This document shows, piece by piece, positions 37,764-51,745 of a stretch of DNA of 64,000 bases. The notes below the pieces were generated by a model. The model was given only the letters and a program-made list of their open reading frames with translations, was not told the origin of the DNA and did no database searches. Source of the stretch: Octopus sinensis (Eukaryota); the NCBI RefSeq assembly GCF_006345805.1, contig NC_042997.1, positions 97,278,001 through 97,342,000 on the forward strand, read 5' to 3'. Position 1 is the stretch's first letter, and each line of letters opens with the position of its first letter. A program made the translations under genes and the position numbers.

Positions 37764-39360
37764 CCGTAATCCGGGTTGAATAGGGACAATAACCGGGGGA
37801 AAATATTTTAGAACAATAAAGTTGAGATGACTCAAATTGTGCTCGTTTCTTTCTAATTATTTTGTAGGTATATATATACATGCCTTTCGTACAATGACAT
37901 CACTTTGATATTATCACCCTGCCGGTAGCCATGACAGCCGGAATTCCCAGTTTCGTTTTTGTCACGAAAAGGTAAAGTTGTTGGAACTTTCTTTTGCAGG
38001 AGAGGTTGTACCAGCGAGGGTACTCCGACCTGCTCAGTCTCTTGCAGTAGGTTTACAAACACACAGAGCACGTGTCTGATTTCCCGGAAAATCCATTGTT
38101 ATCCTTACCACCGCCTATTTCTGCTTTCACTCCTATTTTGGTGTTTTGTAGGGGTGAATAGGGACACCATAGTGCGACAGTACAAACCAGTTCATGGAAA
38201 GAAAAAATACGCCAAAATAGATCCTGAGCGGCTATAGGCCGCCAAAAGAGCTGTCGCCAACGGAATGACAATCAGAAAAGCAGAAGAGGACTTCAAAATT
38301 CCTAAGAGTGTTCTTTATCGGCTCATCAAGCTGGGGAAAGTATCAAGAAACATGGTGGACAGACTGTTTTATCTTCAGGTGAGGAGGAAATTCTTGTACA
38401 AAGGCTCGTGCTGTGCGCCTCTTGGGGCTATCCGATGGACTCCTATGATTTGCGACTGATCGTGAAACGATACCTGGATCGTCGAGGTGTCGATGTGAAA
38501 AGATTCAAAGGGAATATGTCTGGTGTAGTCATTTCTCATGAGACATAAAGACAGTTTAAGAGAACAAATATGCAAAAATATCAAAGAGCACGAGCCACCG
38601 TCTCTCGACCTGCAATAAACTCGTATTTCAACGATTTAGCCGAGAGCTTAGATGGTATACCTGCAACAAATATTGCGAACTACGATGAAACAAACCTAAC
38701 GGACGAACCGGGACGGAAAAAAAGTCATCACCAAAAAGAATTATGAACACCTCTAAAGCATCTACTTCTTTGATGTACGCCGCCGCGGCTGATGTTACTC
38801 TTCTTTCTCCTTACATTGTGCACAAGGCTGTTAACCTGTACGACACATGGACACTCGGTGAGCCAAAAGGTGCCCGATACAACAAAAGTAAGTCGGGATG
38901 GTTTGATCTCTAAAGTTTCAGCGACTGGTTTACAACCCATAGCTTTAACTTATCTGAAAAAAACTGGCAGGAAAAAAGTTTTGATTGGCGACAATCTAAG
39001 TTCACATTTGTCCTTAGAAGTGATAAAAGCCTGTGAGGAGAACGATATATCATTCATATTTTACTTGTAATACATGTAGTCTTTTTAATTCTGCCAATAA
39101 TCTGTTCACTTCGTATCACTTTGTTTACCTGTAGTTTTTTTAACTCTCCCTATTCACCTCAATCGACGAGATGAATAGGGACAGTGTTTTGTTTTTTTTT
39201 TAAATGGGTGTGCCAACGAATTAGGATAAAGTTTCCATGCGCGTCGGTAGGTTACCAGTAGGGACATAAATCCCACTAAATTAATCGGTAAATGCTATTG
39301 CAGTTGCTTAGTGATATGCATTTGAACCTCAAAATTGTCCCTATTCACCCCGGATTACGG
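37764..39360 (+). mobile_element. pogo-family transposon (HTH_psq, CENP-B-like, DDE_1), C-terminally deleted, nested in hAT
   Basis: TA|CCGTAATCCGGGTTGAATAGGGACAAT ... ATTGTCCCTATTCACCCCGGATTACGG|TA; relics MTIRKAEEDFKIPKSVLYR, NYDETNLTDEPG, VLIGDNLSSHLSLEVIKAC. Confidence 0.92.
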
Positions 39361-40403
39361 TAACACATTCACTGCATGACTTGAACAAAGTGCAAACGAA
39401 TGGCAAGCACAGCCTATCGTAAACAGTCGGAATATCGTTTCTCAATAACTTTTGAAACCCGCTCTTGTTACCCATCATTGTTAAGCAATCATCGCTGACG
39501 AATCCAAGTATGTTGCTCATAGATACATCTTTTGTAAGCGTAGTCTTGACAGCATCGTACAAACCCTGAGATGAACCATTTTCTTCTACAATTGCATCTA
39601 GAGAGCATCCTTGACATTAAGCGATTGTTCATAAAAAAAAGCGAACAACTATTGCTAAGATTTGTATCACTGAGATGTCCGTACTCTCATCTCTCAATAA
39701 TGAAAACTTTTGTTTCTTGAGAATTTCCAAGATTTCATTTTGTTCATAATGTGCAATTCCGTCTAGCATAACGTACGTTAATTTTTTTTTTTTTTTTCGT
39801 TTGCAGATTTTTAGCTATTTCACTATCGGGAAAGGCCTTTTTAGAAATTTCAGCCAAGTGATTTATATGGGTGAAAGGCATGTGATGTTCAGCAAAATAA
39901 CCTGTTAGTAGCAAGTCTGCCTTAGTTACTTTTTCATTTAATGTATCATCTGGTTTTTTTTGTTTTTTTTTAAATAAATGAATCTAATTTAATAGCAGAT
40001 TCCGCACAATCAAAAGCTTTCTTTTGTTTGGCAGTGTTTTTATGAGCTAACAGCATTGATTTGTTAGCATTTTTCAACACAGCGTTGCAACAAAAGCAGT
40101 AGCAGGTGTCCGGATTTTTATCATCTTGCCTTAATCAGTATTCTCCGACCACGACTTCTTAAAATGTTGGGGGTACCACTTCCTCTTTTGGGACACACTA
40201 TTGTCTGCCATTACTTTACAAAGGGTTACAAAACAAAAACACACACTTAAAATGTTGTTAAACAAATTTTAAATCGCGAGTATCAATTGAAGCGTACACC
40301 ATCAACACAGTCATGCTGTCAACTGACGGTGTCAAGAGTTTCAGACAAGTATACAAGCAGCCACCGACGCGTTGTAACTTGTTGTCCGGTATAAACAAAT
40401 AAC

Positions 40404-40635
40404 AAAGGCGGCGAGCTGGCAGAAACGTTAGCACGCCGGGCGAAATGCTAGGCGGTATTTCGTCTGCGTTACGTTGTGAGTTCAAATTCCGCCGAGGTCG
40501 ACTTTGCCTTTCATCCTTTCGGGGTCGATAAATTAAGTACCAGTTACGCACTGGGTCGATGTAATCGACTTAATACCTATGTCTTTCCTTGTTTGTCCCC
40601 TCTGTGTTTAGCCCCTCGTGGGTAGTAAAGAAATA
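40404..40635 (+). mobile_element. SINE family B nested in the hAT, 16-bp TSD
   Basis: GGTATAAACAAATAAC at 40388-403 and 40636-51. Confidence 0.92.
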
Positions 40636-41306
40636 GGTATAAACAAATAACGAACGCGTACGATCGGTAATTACGTCACGTACAATATTTGTATCGATAA
40701 ATTACTTACGTGAGATGATTATGGATAATATACAGAAAGTTTACAAAGTATTAGTAGAGGTGCAGCTTTGGTACATATTGCATACAAAGAGTATGACACC
40801 GAATTCTCTTTAAAAGATAAGTTTGCAGCCAAAATTAACTTAAAAACCCAGATTTAATGTAAATTTGGAAATTGAAACCCATAAACCTACCATTGCTCCA
40901 GAATCCCTAGATCTGGGTGGAAAACCCCATCAGTGGCATCCCTGTGTAAAATCCTTCTTCAGATTCACTGGAAACATATGGTTGTTGTTGTTGTTGCTTG
41001 CTTGCTACTGTTGTTTAGCTTTGATCAAGCAGTCATGATCAAAAGCATAGGGAACCCAAGGCCACATTATTGAACATGTCCTGTTTTAAGATATGAGAAA
41101 GATTTAGCTGCTATCTCTAGCAAGCAAACTGACAATTGACCACATGGAGGCCTTCTCTCATATTCAGAGGTAACTAACAGTGGTCTTCATATACAAAATC
41201 CATTTATCTTTTAGTTGTTTCACTCATTGGACTATGCCCATGCTGGAGCACTGCCTTGAAGAATTTTAGTTGAACAAATTGACCTCAGTATCTATCTCCT
41301 TTTTAA

Positions 41307-41735
41307 CCTTTATTTCTTTATTGCCCACAAAGGGCTAAACATAGAGGGTACAAACAAAGACAGACAAAGGGATTAAGTCGATTACATCGACCCCCCCCCC
41401 CCCCAGTGGGTAACTGGTACTTATTTAATCGACCCCAAAAGGATGAAAGGCTAAGTCAACCTCGGCGGAATTTGAACTCAGAATGTAACAACAGACGAAA
41501 TACCTATTTCTTTACTACCCACAAGGGGCTAAACACAGAGGGGACAAACAAGGACAGACAAACGGATTAAGTCGATTATATCGAACTCAGTATGTAACTG
41601 GTACTTATTTAATCGACCCCGAAAGGATGAAAGACTAAGTCAACCTTGGTGGAATTTGAACTCAGAACATAACGGCAGACGATATACCGCTAAGCATTTC
41701 GCCCGGCGTGTTAATGTTTCTGCCAGCTCGCCTTT
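41307..41735 (-). mobile_element. SINE family B tandem dimer
   Basis: Two bodies joined at cagacgaaatacc|tatttctttactaccc near 41500. Confidence 0.85.
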
Positions 41736-42303
41736 CCTTTTTAACCCTTTAACATTAAAATCAACCATATCTGGCCAAAATATTCTACCTGTTTTATCTT
41801 CAGACTGGTCAGATCTGGCCTCTCACACCTACCCCACAGTATCATTTTAAAAATAAACACTCACATTGTCAAAACTTCAAAGCTATGAAATAATGCATGA
41901 TTAATTTAAAACGATATGAAAGCATAACCCCAAAGGGTTAAACATTGGACTTGGTGCCTTGCCATATTTCTTCTTGCTCTTTGCATACTGTGTTCAAATC
42001 TTGTCAAGGCTTACTTGGATGCTGAACTGAATCCATCACCCAGTTTAACACTGCCACTACCACTTCCTGATCCTTGGATAACTTTAGCAGGGTCTACCAC
42101 TAGTGTAGCTAGAGTACGTGCCGCCCAGGGTGGCTCTTCTGTTTGCCACCCCTGGACCCCACAAAAATACACATACTGCATACAGGAGACCCAAAAGTGC
42201 TGCCCCTTTAAACGTGCTGTCCAGAGTGGACCATCCCTTCCAATGCAATGCTAGTGGGATCTACTTTTTGGCAAGCATTTAAGCCAGGTTTCTGGTTTGA
42301 GAA

Positions 42304-42660
42304 CATTTTTCTCTTTTCTTCCCACAAGTCTCAGAAGCCTTTTAAATGGTCATAAGTACAGTCTTCACTCCTCACTAAAACATTAAAAAAAGTGATTTCA
42401 GAATTAGGCACAAAGCCACGCATTTTTCTCTTTTCTTCCCACAAGTCTCAGAAGCCTTTTAAATGGTCATAAGTACAGTCTTCACTCCTCACTAAAACAT
42501 TAAAAAAAGTGATTTCAGAATTAGGCACAAAGCCACGCATTTTTCTCTTTTCTTCCCACAAGTCTCAGAAGCCTTTTAAATGGTCATAAGTACAGTCTTC
42601 ACTCCTCACTAAAACATTAAAAAAAGTGATTTCAGAATTAGGCACAAAGCCACGCATTTT
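42304..42660. repeat. Three identical 117-bp tandem repeats
   Basis: catttttctcttttcttccc starts at 42304, 42421 and 42538. Confidence 0.92.
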
Positions 42661-43047
42661 TAAGAAAAGAAGAACGAAATTCTGTAATGTTCCTCAATAA
42701 TATTTATTACCAACAAAAATTATGTGAAATAACTGAGCTCCAACAAAATGTAATGCTTTAAGCTCCACAATGTTAAGCAATTGAAAGAGGAATCTTCCTT
42801 GAAATAAGATACCTGCCAGTCTGTTACAGGTGGCATTTTCCTTAACACCTACCATCTATTTATAATTGTTTGGTACACTGATGTAATATAGTATTATATA
42901 CCATGGCCATGCATAGAGATATAATCAACAGAGCCTCTATACAGTTACATTTAACCTGCTAGAAATAGCAACCCAATACAAGAGACCTGAACTTGTTTCA
43001 ACCTGATATTGAAACCAGTTTGGAGGCCCACACATACAGAGCATACC

Positions 43048-43652
43048 TATTTCTTTACTACCCACAAGGGGCTAAACACAGAGGGGACAAACAAGGACAG
43101 ACAAATGGATTAAGTCAATTATATCGAACCCAATGCATAACTGGAACTTAATTTATCGACCCCGAAATGATGAAAGGCAAAGTCAACCTCGGCAGAATTT
43201 GAACTCAGAACGTAGCGGCAGACGAAATACCTATTTCTTTACTACCCACAAGGGGCTAAACACAGAGGGGACAAACAAGCACCGACAAATGGATTAAGTC
43301 AATTATATCGACCCCAGTGTGTAACTGGTACTTAATTTATCGACCCCGAAAGGATGAAAGGCAAAGTCAACCTCGGCGGAATTTGAACTCAGAACGTAGC
43401 GGCAGACGAAATACCTATTTCTTTACTACCCACAAGGGGCTAAACACAGAGGGGACAAACAAGCACCGACAAATGGATTAAGTCAATTATATCGACCCCA
43501 GTGTGTAACTGGTACTTAATTTATCGACCCCAAAAGGATGAAAGGCAAAGTCAACCTCGGCAGAATTTGAACTCAGAACGTAGTAGTGGTAGACGAAATA
43601 CTGCTAAGCATTTCATCCAGCGTGCTAACAATTCTGCCAGCTCGCCACCTTA
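43048..43652 (-). mobile_element. SINE family B tandem trimer (184-bp period) under a single 14-bp TSD
   Basis: atacctatttc at 43043, 43227 and 43411; ATACAGAGCATACC at 43034-47 and 43653-66. Confidence 0.9.
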
Positions 43653-44134
43653 ATACAGAGCATACCATTAATCTATCACACACTAAAGATAAAGTGAAAA
43701 TAAATAAATAAATATAACAGCTATAGAAATTATGTACATCTATAGTACAAAGGGAGGTAAAGAGATAGACATAAAAGGCTTTCTGCTTTTTTCATATATA
43801 CATATTCTATTACCATTATCATGTAATGTCTGATGTTCCATGTTGGCATAAGTAGGAGGATTATCAAATGTCATTTCACCTTTCACAGTACTTTGTTTGT
43901 TTCACCACCTTCTCCCTTACCACCCGTCTTGTATTCCCACCCTTTTTGTCTTCCTAGCCATCTTGCTGTTTTTTGCACTTAATTTTAGTTCTTAAACTCA
44001 TTTGTTTTATCCTGCAGCCACTCACAGATATACCTATTAGATTAACACAAAACCACTCGGGTGACAAATGAATTCCCTGTGCTTATTAATTAGCCAAGGA
44101 TTTCCTCACATGTACCTATAGCATAATAGGTACA

Positions 44135-44460
44135 TGAAGGCGCATGGCTTAGTGGTTAGGGGCATTCGGCTCACGATTATAAGGTCATGAGTTCAATTCC
44201 CTACGACGCGTTGTGTCCTTGAGCAAGACACTTTATTTCACATTGCCCCAGTCCACTCAACTGGCAAAAATGAGTAGTACCTGTATTTCAAAGGGCCAGC
44301 TTTGTCACACACTGTGTCACACTGAATTTCCCCAAGAACTACATTAAGGGTACATGTGTTTGTGGAGTGCTCAGCCACTTGCACATTAATTTCATAAGCA
44401 AGCTCTTCCGTTGATCGTACCAGCTGGGACCCTCATCGTCGCAACCGACAGAGTGCTCCA
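44135..44460 (+). mobile_element. tRNA-derived SINE family C (related copies 52843-53125 plus, 61498-61745 minus)
   Basis: A-box-like tggcttagtggttagg, B-box-like gagttcaattcc, then tgtgtccttgagcaagacactt central domain. Confidence 0.75.
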
Positions 44461-45335
44461 TATAGCCTAATATGAAATGATAACCTTTGGGAGATTATCT
44501 TTTAAGGAAATTTTTACTATCTTTATTGGTTGTGTATTTTTTTTGTATTGTTTACTTCTTCATCAAGCTATCTTTTAAAATATTTTGTTATGATCATTTT
44601 CACATGAGTACAGTATTAATTGTTTAGATATTTGATACTAAAGATATATAATATGTGCAACATTATTTTTAGTACTTGCACTTTTGCTGAATGAAACTTC
44701 TTAGTATAAAAATATTCACTACTCACAATTTAGGCTGAAAGAAATTATAGAAGTTTCTAATTACCTTTCTCTCTGTCCCAGACTCAGTGACCACCTCTGA
44801 ACTGTATTTTATTATTGGAGATGACAATAAAAAATCTATTGAATTACACATTATTCAGCATAATTCTGATCTTTCATGGCAATTTCTATTTCTAAAAGCT
44901 GGTCTGAAATACTAAGCCACTGTAACATAAATTTTAAATAGATAAAGGCCATTGAACCACATTACTTATGCTTTAACAAGTATTATGTTACATAATAATG
45001 TCCTCACACAGAAAGACACTTAGCACAAGTGGGTTAAAATATTGATTATGTGAATTTGTCATGCTTGTACAACCAAAGCTGTGCTGAGAAAATCAACAAG
45101 CCAGGCAATTGAAAGCACATGACATAAAAATAATAGTAGTCAGTGTGAGTTTAATCTGTGCAGTGTCACATTTTGGCGGGATGTCATGGTTCATGTATCA
45201 CTACAATTAATTCTTTAATATTTTATGTTTTTTCTGCATTGCCCTCAATCAAATATCTGTCAGATCAGGGTTATCTCTCTTTAGTATTCCCTACTGAGAA
45301 AGGTATGATAAGCCAGAAATGCAAGAGACAGTACC

Positions 45336-45568
45336 TATTTCTTTACTACCCACAAGGGGTTAAACACAGAAGGGATAAACAAGGACAGACAAACGGATTA
45401 AGTCAATTATATCGACCCCAGTGCATAACTGGTACTTAATTTATCAACCCCGAAAGAATGAAAGGCAAAGTTGACCTCGGCGGAATTTTAACTCAGCACA
45501 TAACGGCAGACGAAATACTGCTAAGCATTTCGGCTGGCGTGCTAACATTTCTGCCAGTTCGCCACCTT
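45336..45568 (-). mobile_element. SINE family B with 14-bp TSD
   Basis: CAAGAGACAGTACC at 45322-35 and 45569-82. Confidence 0.9.
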
Positions 45569-46632
45569 CAAGAGACAGTACCACTGAGCTGATAATGGTG
45601 TATCTATTTTTCTACCAAAAGCTAGAATTTTTCTCCACGGTAAACAGCAGTGAAATTGCCTTTCAAAATTGAAATATGTCACAAACTAAACTAATGGTTA
45701 CACTTTGTTCTTGATTGCCTAAAATAACAAATTATACAGATAACTTGCAAAGCAAAGGGATTATACAATTACATGATAACAATGAATAATAAAACAGAAA
45801 TGGTAAGTTCAGTCTCCCACTTCCCCAATGCATAGAGCCTTAGGAGCCAAGGCTCATGCACACAATCTGACTCAAAGCAATTCAGTGGTCAGCCACTCCC
45901 TAGTTTATAACTATCCAATCAGATTACTGAACCACTCTTACTATCTTATACACTATAAATTAATATATATTATGTGTTTTATTATGAGAAATGAATAAAA
46001 TATGCATGCATAAGTAAACTAAATAAAGAAGTGAATTTTTATAGATAGAAACCTAACAAAAGGTAGCTAATAATAAATGTAATAAATATCTCCATTAGAA
46101 GCTTTGAACATACTAAATCCCAGGGAACTGGGAAGTAAATCTATGCTATACCCACTGCATGTCCCTACCCATCCTATCCTACCTCTGATATGAAAACATT
46201 TCTTCCATAGCTCGAAGTAAAATTATTTAGTGATTAGTCATGATTTGGTTCCTATCAATAGAGATTAATTAGTGAGCTATCTCTTATCATTTGAATCCAA
46301 AGTCATTTTCTGTTCAGACCCATTTTGTTTGTTTTTTTGCAATTCTTTCTCTTTTGAGAATTTTTATGGACTATCCTAAGATGTGATTGATACTGGATAC
46401 TTGCTGCAAAGAGTATATAAATGCACAGAAATCATAGGATCTAAGTGGTTCCACCACCATTGCTGGACATTTCTTTTTGTCTGCTATTGATATTTTTTTG
46501 TCTCTTAGCAATATAAGAGGTTGTTTTGTGATGAATACCAGTACCACAGTACTGAGGCTTTCTGGTAGCATATCCACATTAAGTAAGATATATAGATTGG
46601 TGTGTGTGTGTAGATAGATAGATATAAATATT

Positions 46633-46722
<90 letters not shown>

Positions 46723-46845
46723 TATATATATATATTATATATATATAATATATATATATATGTATATCAAAACACACACCACACACACACATATATATAT
46801 ATACACACATTTATATATACTATATTTATCTGTCTATTTAGCTAT

Positions 46846-46847
46846 AT

Positions 46848-46880
<33 letters not shown>

Positions 46881-49160
46881 GTTTAACGTCCGCTTTCCAT
46901 GCTAGCATGGGTTGGACGGTTCGACTGATGACTGGCAAACTAGATGGCTGTACCAGGCTCCAATCTGATCTGACAGAGTTTCTACAGCTGGATGCCCTTC
47001 CTAATGCCAACCACTCTGAGAGTGTACTGGGTGCTTTTACATGCCACCGGCATGAGGGCCAGTCAGGTGGTACTGGCAACGGCCATGCTCAAATGGTGTT
47101 TTTTACGTGCCACCTGCACAGGAGCCAGTCAAGTGGCACTGGTAACCACCTTGCTCGAATGTTTTTTCACATGCCACCGGCACAAGTGCCAGTAAGGTGA
47201 TGCTGGTAATAATCATGCTCAAATAGTGCTTTCTACATGCCACCGGCATGGAAGTCAGTTAGCTGCTCTGGCAACGATCATGCTCGGATGGTGCTCTTAG
47301 CGCTCCACTAGCACTGATGCCAGTCATTGAATTTGATTTTGATTTCACTTGCATCAACAGGTCTTCACAAGCAGAATTTAGTATCCAATGAAGGAAAGGT
47401 ACGCATAAGTGGGCTGGTTACACACCTGTCATAGGCCACGAGGTTATGGTCTCATTTGGCTTGCCAAGTCTTCTCAAGCACAGCATATTTCCAAAGGTCT
47501 CAGTCACTAGTCATTGCCTCAGTGAGGCCTAATGTTTGAAGGTCATGCTTCACCACTTCATCCCAAGTCTTCCTGGGTCTACTTCTTCCACAGGTTCCCT
47601 CAACCACTAGGGTTTGGCACTTTTTCACACAGCTATCTTCATCCATTCTCACCACATGACCATACCAGTGCAGTTGTCTCTCTTGCACACCACATCTGAT
47701 GCTTCTTAGGTCCAACTTTTCTCTCAAGGTACTTACACTCTGTCTAGTATGCACACTGACATTACACATCCATCAGAGCATACTGGCTCCATTCCTTGCA
47801 AGCTTACGCATGTCCTCAGCAGTCATGGCCCATGTTTCCCTGCCATGTAGCATGGCTGTTCGTACACATGCGTCATACAGTCTATCTTTTACTCTGAGCA
47901 AGAGGCCCTTTGTCACCAGCAGAGGTAGGAGCTCTCTGCACTTTGCCCAGGCTATTCTTATTCTAGCAGCTACACTTTCAGAGCATCCACCCCAGCTATT
48001 GACTTGGTCACCTAGGTAATGGAAGCTGTCAACTACTTCTAGTTTTTCACCTTGGAATGTGACAGAAGTTGTTCTCTGCACATTTCCAGTGTTTATTGCT
48101 CCTGAGTTAGCCTTCCTTTGATATTTCTGCACCTCTTACGTGTTCATAGCTTACACTGGGTACATCTTAAATATTTTCTACCTACACCTTTTCTACAGAT
48201 CGAGCAGGGCTATCTACCTGAAGGGATTTGTGGTTTGTCTGCCTTCCTACTGATTAAGACTTTGGTTTTACCTAGGTTGACTCTAAGGCTCTTTGATTCT
48301 AATCCTTGCTTCCACACCTGAAACTTCTCCTCTAGTTCTGATAGTGACTCAGCAATAAGACCAAGGCCATCAGCATAGAGGAGCTCCCAGGGGCATCCTG
48401 TCTTAAATTCCTCTGTTATTGTCTAGAGGACTATAATAAATAGGTAAGGGCTGAGGACTGAACCTTGGTGGACCCTTACCTCTACCTGGAATTCTTTACT
48501 CGTTGCCAACCCTCACCTTACTGGCAGCGTCCCTGTACATGGCTTGCACAGCTCTCACTAACCATTCATCTATCCCTAGTTCCCTCATTGACCACCAGAT
48601 AAGGGGTCAGAGGACCCTGTCGAAGGCTTTCTCCATGTCAATGAAAGCCAGGTATTTCTACTGCAGTTGTCTTACCAGAAATATAGCATCAGTGGTGCTT
48701 TTCCCTGGCACAAACCCAAACTGCATCTCATCCAGACTGACCCTCTCTCTAATTAGTTGGGTTATAACCCTCTCCGTGACTTTCATTACCTGATCCAACA
48801 ATTTGATACCTCTGTAATTATTTGTATCTAATGCGTCACCTTTACCTTTGTAGCAGTTGACTATGGTGCTGCTACACCAGTCATTGGGTATGACTCCTTC
48901 ATGTATCACCTGATTGACTATAAGGGTGACTAGACTATAGCCTACTCCACCAGATATTTCAAGCATCTCTGCGATGATTCCTGATGGGCCGGATGCTTTC
49001 TCTGTCTTCATGCCCTTAATTGTTTTATCTACCAAGGTACTGTCAATTCGGATAACTGGTCCCTCTCTTGGGTCGACTTTTGGCAGACTCTCTTTCTCCC
49101 ATTCATTCTCTTCATTTAGCAACCTTCCATAGTGGTGTCTCCAAGTCTCTCTGCAACCTC
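46846..49160 (-). mobile_element. RTE-clade LINE, 5'-truncated, RT pseudogene plus 3' UTR and (GAT)n tail
   Basis: NYRGIKLL, QFGFVPGKSTTDAIF, QGS.LSP, LLYAD, RL.WYGHV.RM, GRSRPRKTW; (CAT)n at 46848-79; 3' UTR has roughly 60-bp tandem units at 47030-47290. Confidence 0.9.
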
Positions 49161-50064
49161 ATTTAATGCAAGTGAACCATCATCTATGCGAACACATTTC
49201 TCTCCCATGACATCACAATTCTCTCTCACACACTGTCTCGCAGCACTAAATACTCAAGTCTTTGTGTGTGTATCTGAAAATGCTTCAGAAGTTATTCAGG
49301 TACTTCTTATTTGTGAATTGTGTTGTAAATGGAACTTAAGGCCTGGGAATAACAACATCAAAAGTGTTTGCATGCACACACACACTTAAACATACTTGTG
49401 TGTATGTGTGTGAGTGTGTGTGTGTATTTAGATGTGTGTATGTGCCTGAGTGTGTATGAGTGTATTTGTGTACAAACACACACATGGCACACCGATACAT
49501 ACTCACACACACACACACACACACACACAACCTACCTGTCACAAATACATGCACTTCTTGGTTGATTGACAACTACAAGTTAACAAGTTGGCTTGCAAGT
49601 ATTTTTACACCTTATCCTGGTTACATTCAGTCAACTCCTAAAATGTGACACAATGAAATACATAATGTGATAAACCACTTGTACAAAATCAGGGCCCATA
49701 GCACAGGTGGGTGGTTAAACATCAACCAAGCTAGTCTCAGATCACACTGACTTTTCATACCACAGATAGCTGACGCCACTAAACCTTTTCTTATATTATC
49801 TATTTTATGATTAGTCAATGGTTATTTTTTGCTTAATTTTTTTTATATATTTATATTTTTAGCTTATTTTATCATTTTTTTTTCTCTTATTAATGAAACA
49901 AAATAGCTGTGAAGTCAAAAGGCTGACCTATTTGCCAGAGAGCTATGAGTTCAACCTCTACACAAACGGCTATATTTTATACATATGAAGTGCATGCATC
50001 TATATGCATGTTTATGTGTGAATGGGGGAGATGTGCATGCATACATGTTCTTTATTCTTTTTTT

Positions 50065-50309
50065 CTTTTACACATTTCAGTCATTTGAATGCGGCCATGC
50101 TGGAGCACCGCCTTAAAGGGTTCTTTTTTTAGTCAAAGAAATCGGACCCCAGGACTTATTCTTTGTAAGCCTAGTGCTTATTCTATCAGTCACTTTTGCC
50201 AAACCACTAAGTTACAGCACATACACACACCAGCATCAGTTGTCAAGTGATGGTAGGGGACAAACACAGACATGAAAACACACACACATAGATATATAGA
50301 CACACACAA

Positions 50310-50350
<41 letters not shown>

Positions 50351-50357
50351 TATACAC

Positions 50358-50433
<76 letters not shown>

Positions 50434-50897
50434 CATACATACATACATACATACATACATACATACATACATACATACATACATACACATATATATATAC
50501 GACGGGCTTCTTTCAGTTTCCATCAACTAAATCCACTCAAAAGGCTTTGGTTGGCCTGAGGCTATAGAAGAAGACATTTGTCCAAGGTGCCACAAATTGA
50601 GACTGAACTCGTAACCATGTGGTTAGGAAGCAAGCTTCTTACCACACAGCCATGCCAGCACCTATAGCTATGAATATCTTATTACTTTTTTTTTTAGTCA
50701 ATGGACTGTGGCCATGCTGGAGCACCAACATGAAGGATTTAGTTGAGCATATTTACCCCAGTACTTATTTTTAAGTCTGGTGTATAATATATTAATGCTC
50801 AGTTGTACAAACCAACACTGGTTGTCAAGGAGTTGCAGATGACCAACACAGCGCAAACTCAAAGATACAGACACATATACACACACATACATGCATG

Positions 50898-50947
<50 letters not shown>

Positions 50948-50986
50948 CATACACACACATATATATGAATACATACATACACACAC

Positions 50987-51031
<45 letters not shown>

Positions 51032-51745
51032 ATATACCAACCACATGGTTCCAGGGTTCAGTCCCACTGCGTGGCACTTTGGGCAAGTGTCTTCTACTAT
51101 AGCCTCGGGTCGACCAGAGCTTTGTGAGTGGATTTGGTAGATGGAAACTGAAAGAAGCCCATCATATATATGTATATGTATGTGTGTGTGTGTGTGTGTC
51201 TGTGTCTGTGTTTGTCCCCCCAACATCGCTTGACAACTAATGCTGGTGTGTTTACATCCCCGTAACTTAGCGGTTCAGCAAAAGAGGTCGATAGAATAAG
51301 TACTGGGCTTACAAAGATAAGTCCTGGGGTCGATTTGCTCGACTAAAGGTAGTGCTCCAGCATGGCTACAGTCAAATGACTGAAACAAGTAAAAGAGTAT
51401 GTATATATATATGATTGATTGATTCTAGTTTCAGCTCACGAGCTGTGGCCATGCTGGGGCACCGATATATATATATATATATATACATACATACATACAT
51501 ATATATACACACACACACACATATATATATGTGTGTGTGTGTGTGTATGTATACATACATACACACATAAATGCACACACACACACATGATGGGCTTCCT
51601 CACAGTTTCCATCTACTACATTCTATCACTAGATATTGGTTGGCCCAGAGCTAAAATCAAAAACACTTGCTCAAGGTGTCATGTATTGAGACTAAACTTG
51701 AAACCACATGGTTACAAAGCAAGCTCATTAACCATAGAGCTGTGT
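50065..51745. mobile_element. Cluster of SINE family A copies (minus 50065-50663, minus tail 50690-50870, plus 51036-51400, minus 51420-51745)
   Basis: Head and tail match the 19455 copy; each has an internal TA/CA/CATA microsatellite. Confidence 0.85.

Larger units (their letters stand above)
35560..40180 (-). pseudogene. hAT transposase, split by insertions into about 39363-40180, 36968-37761 and 35560-35937
   Basis: NILGFVSDD..TMMGNKSG, C..HSFALCSSHAVN|VLPSYL, QIRWLSRE, ELDSEWRLFRQYK|DILVSSK..EFW, LPHSSACVE.IFSQVN; frame is restored when each insertion and one TSD copy are removed. Confidence 0.9.
35318..40944 (-). mobile_element. hAT DNA transposon, 5.6 kb including nested insertions
   Basis: TIRs CAGGGTTGCCA / TGGCATCCCTG flanked by identical 8-bp TSD TGTAAAAT (35310-17, 40945-52). 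Confidence 0.93.

Noticed and set aside
42015-42254. GC-balanced 79-aa ORF and an antisense frame (..EEPPWAARTLATLVVDP..)
   Set aside because: No recognisable motif or convincing splice pair; left unassigned.
44135-44220. tRNA gene
   Set aside because: Only A/B-box-like head without a cloverleaf acceptor stem; continues into a SINE body.
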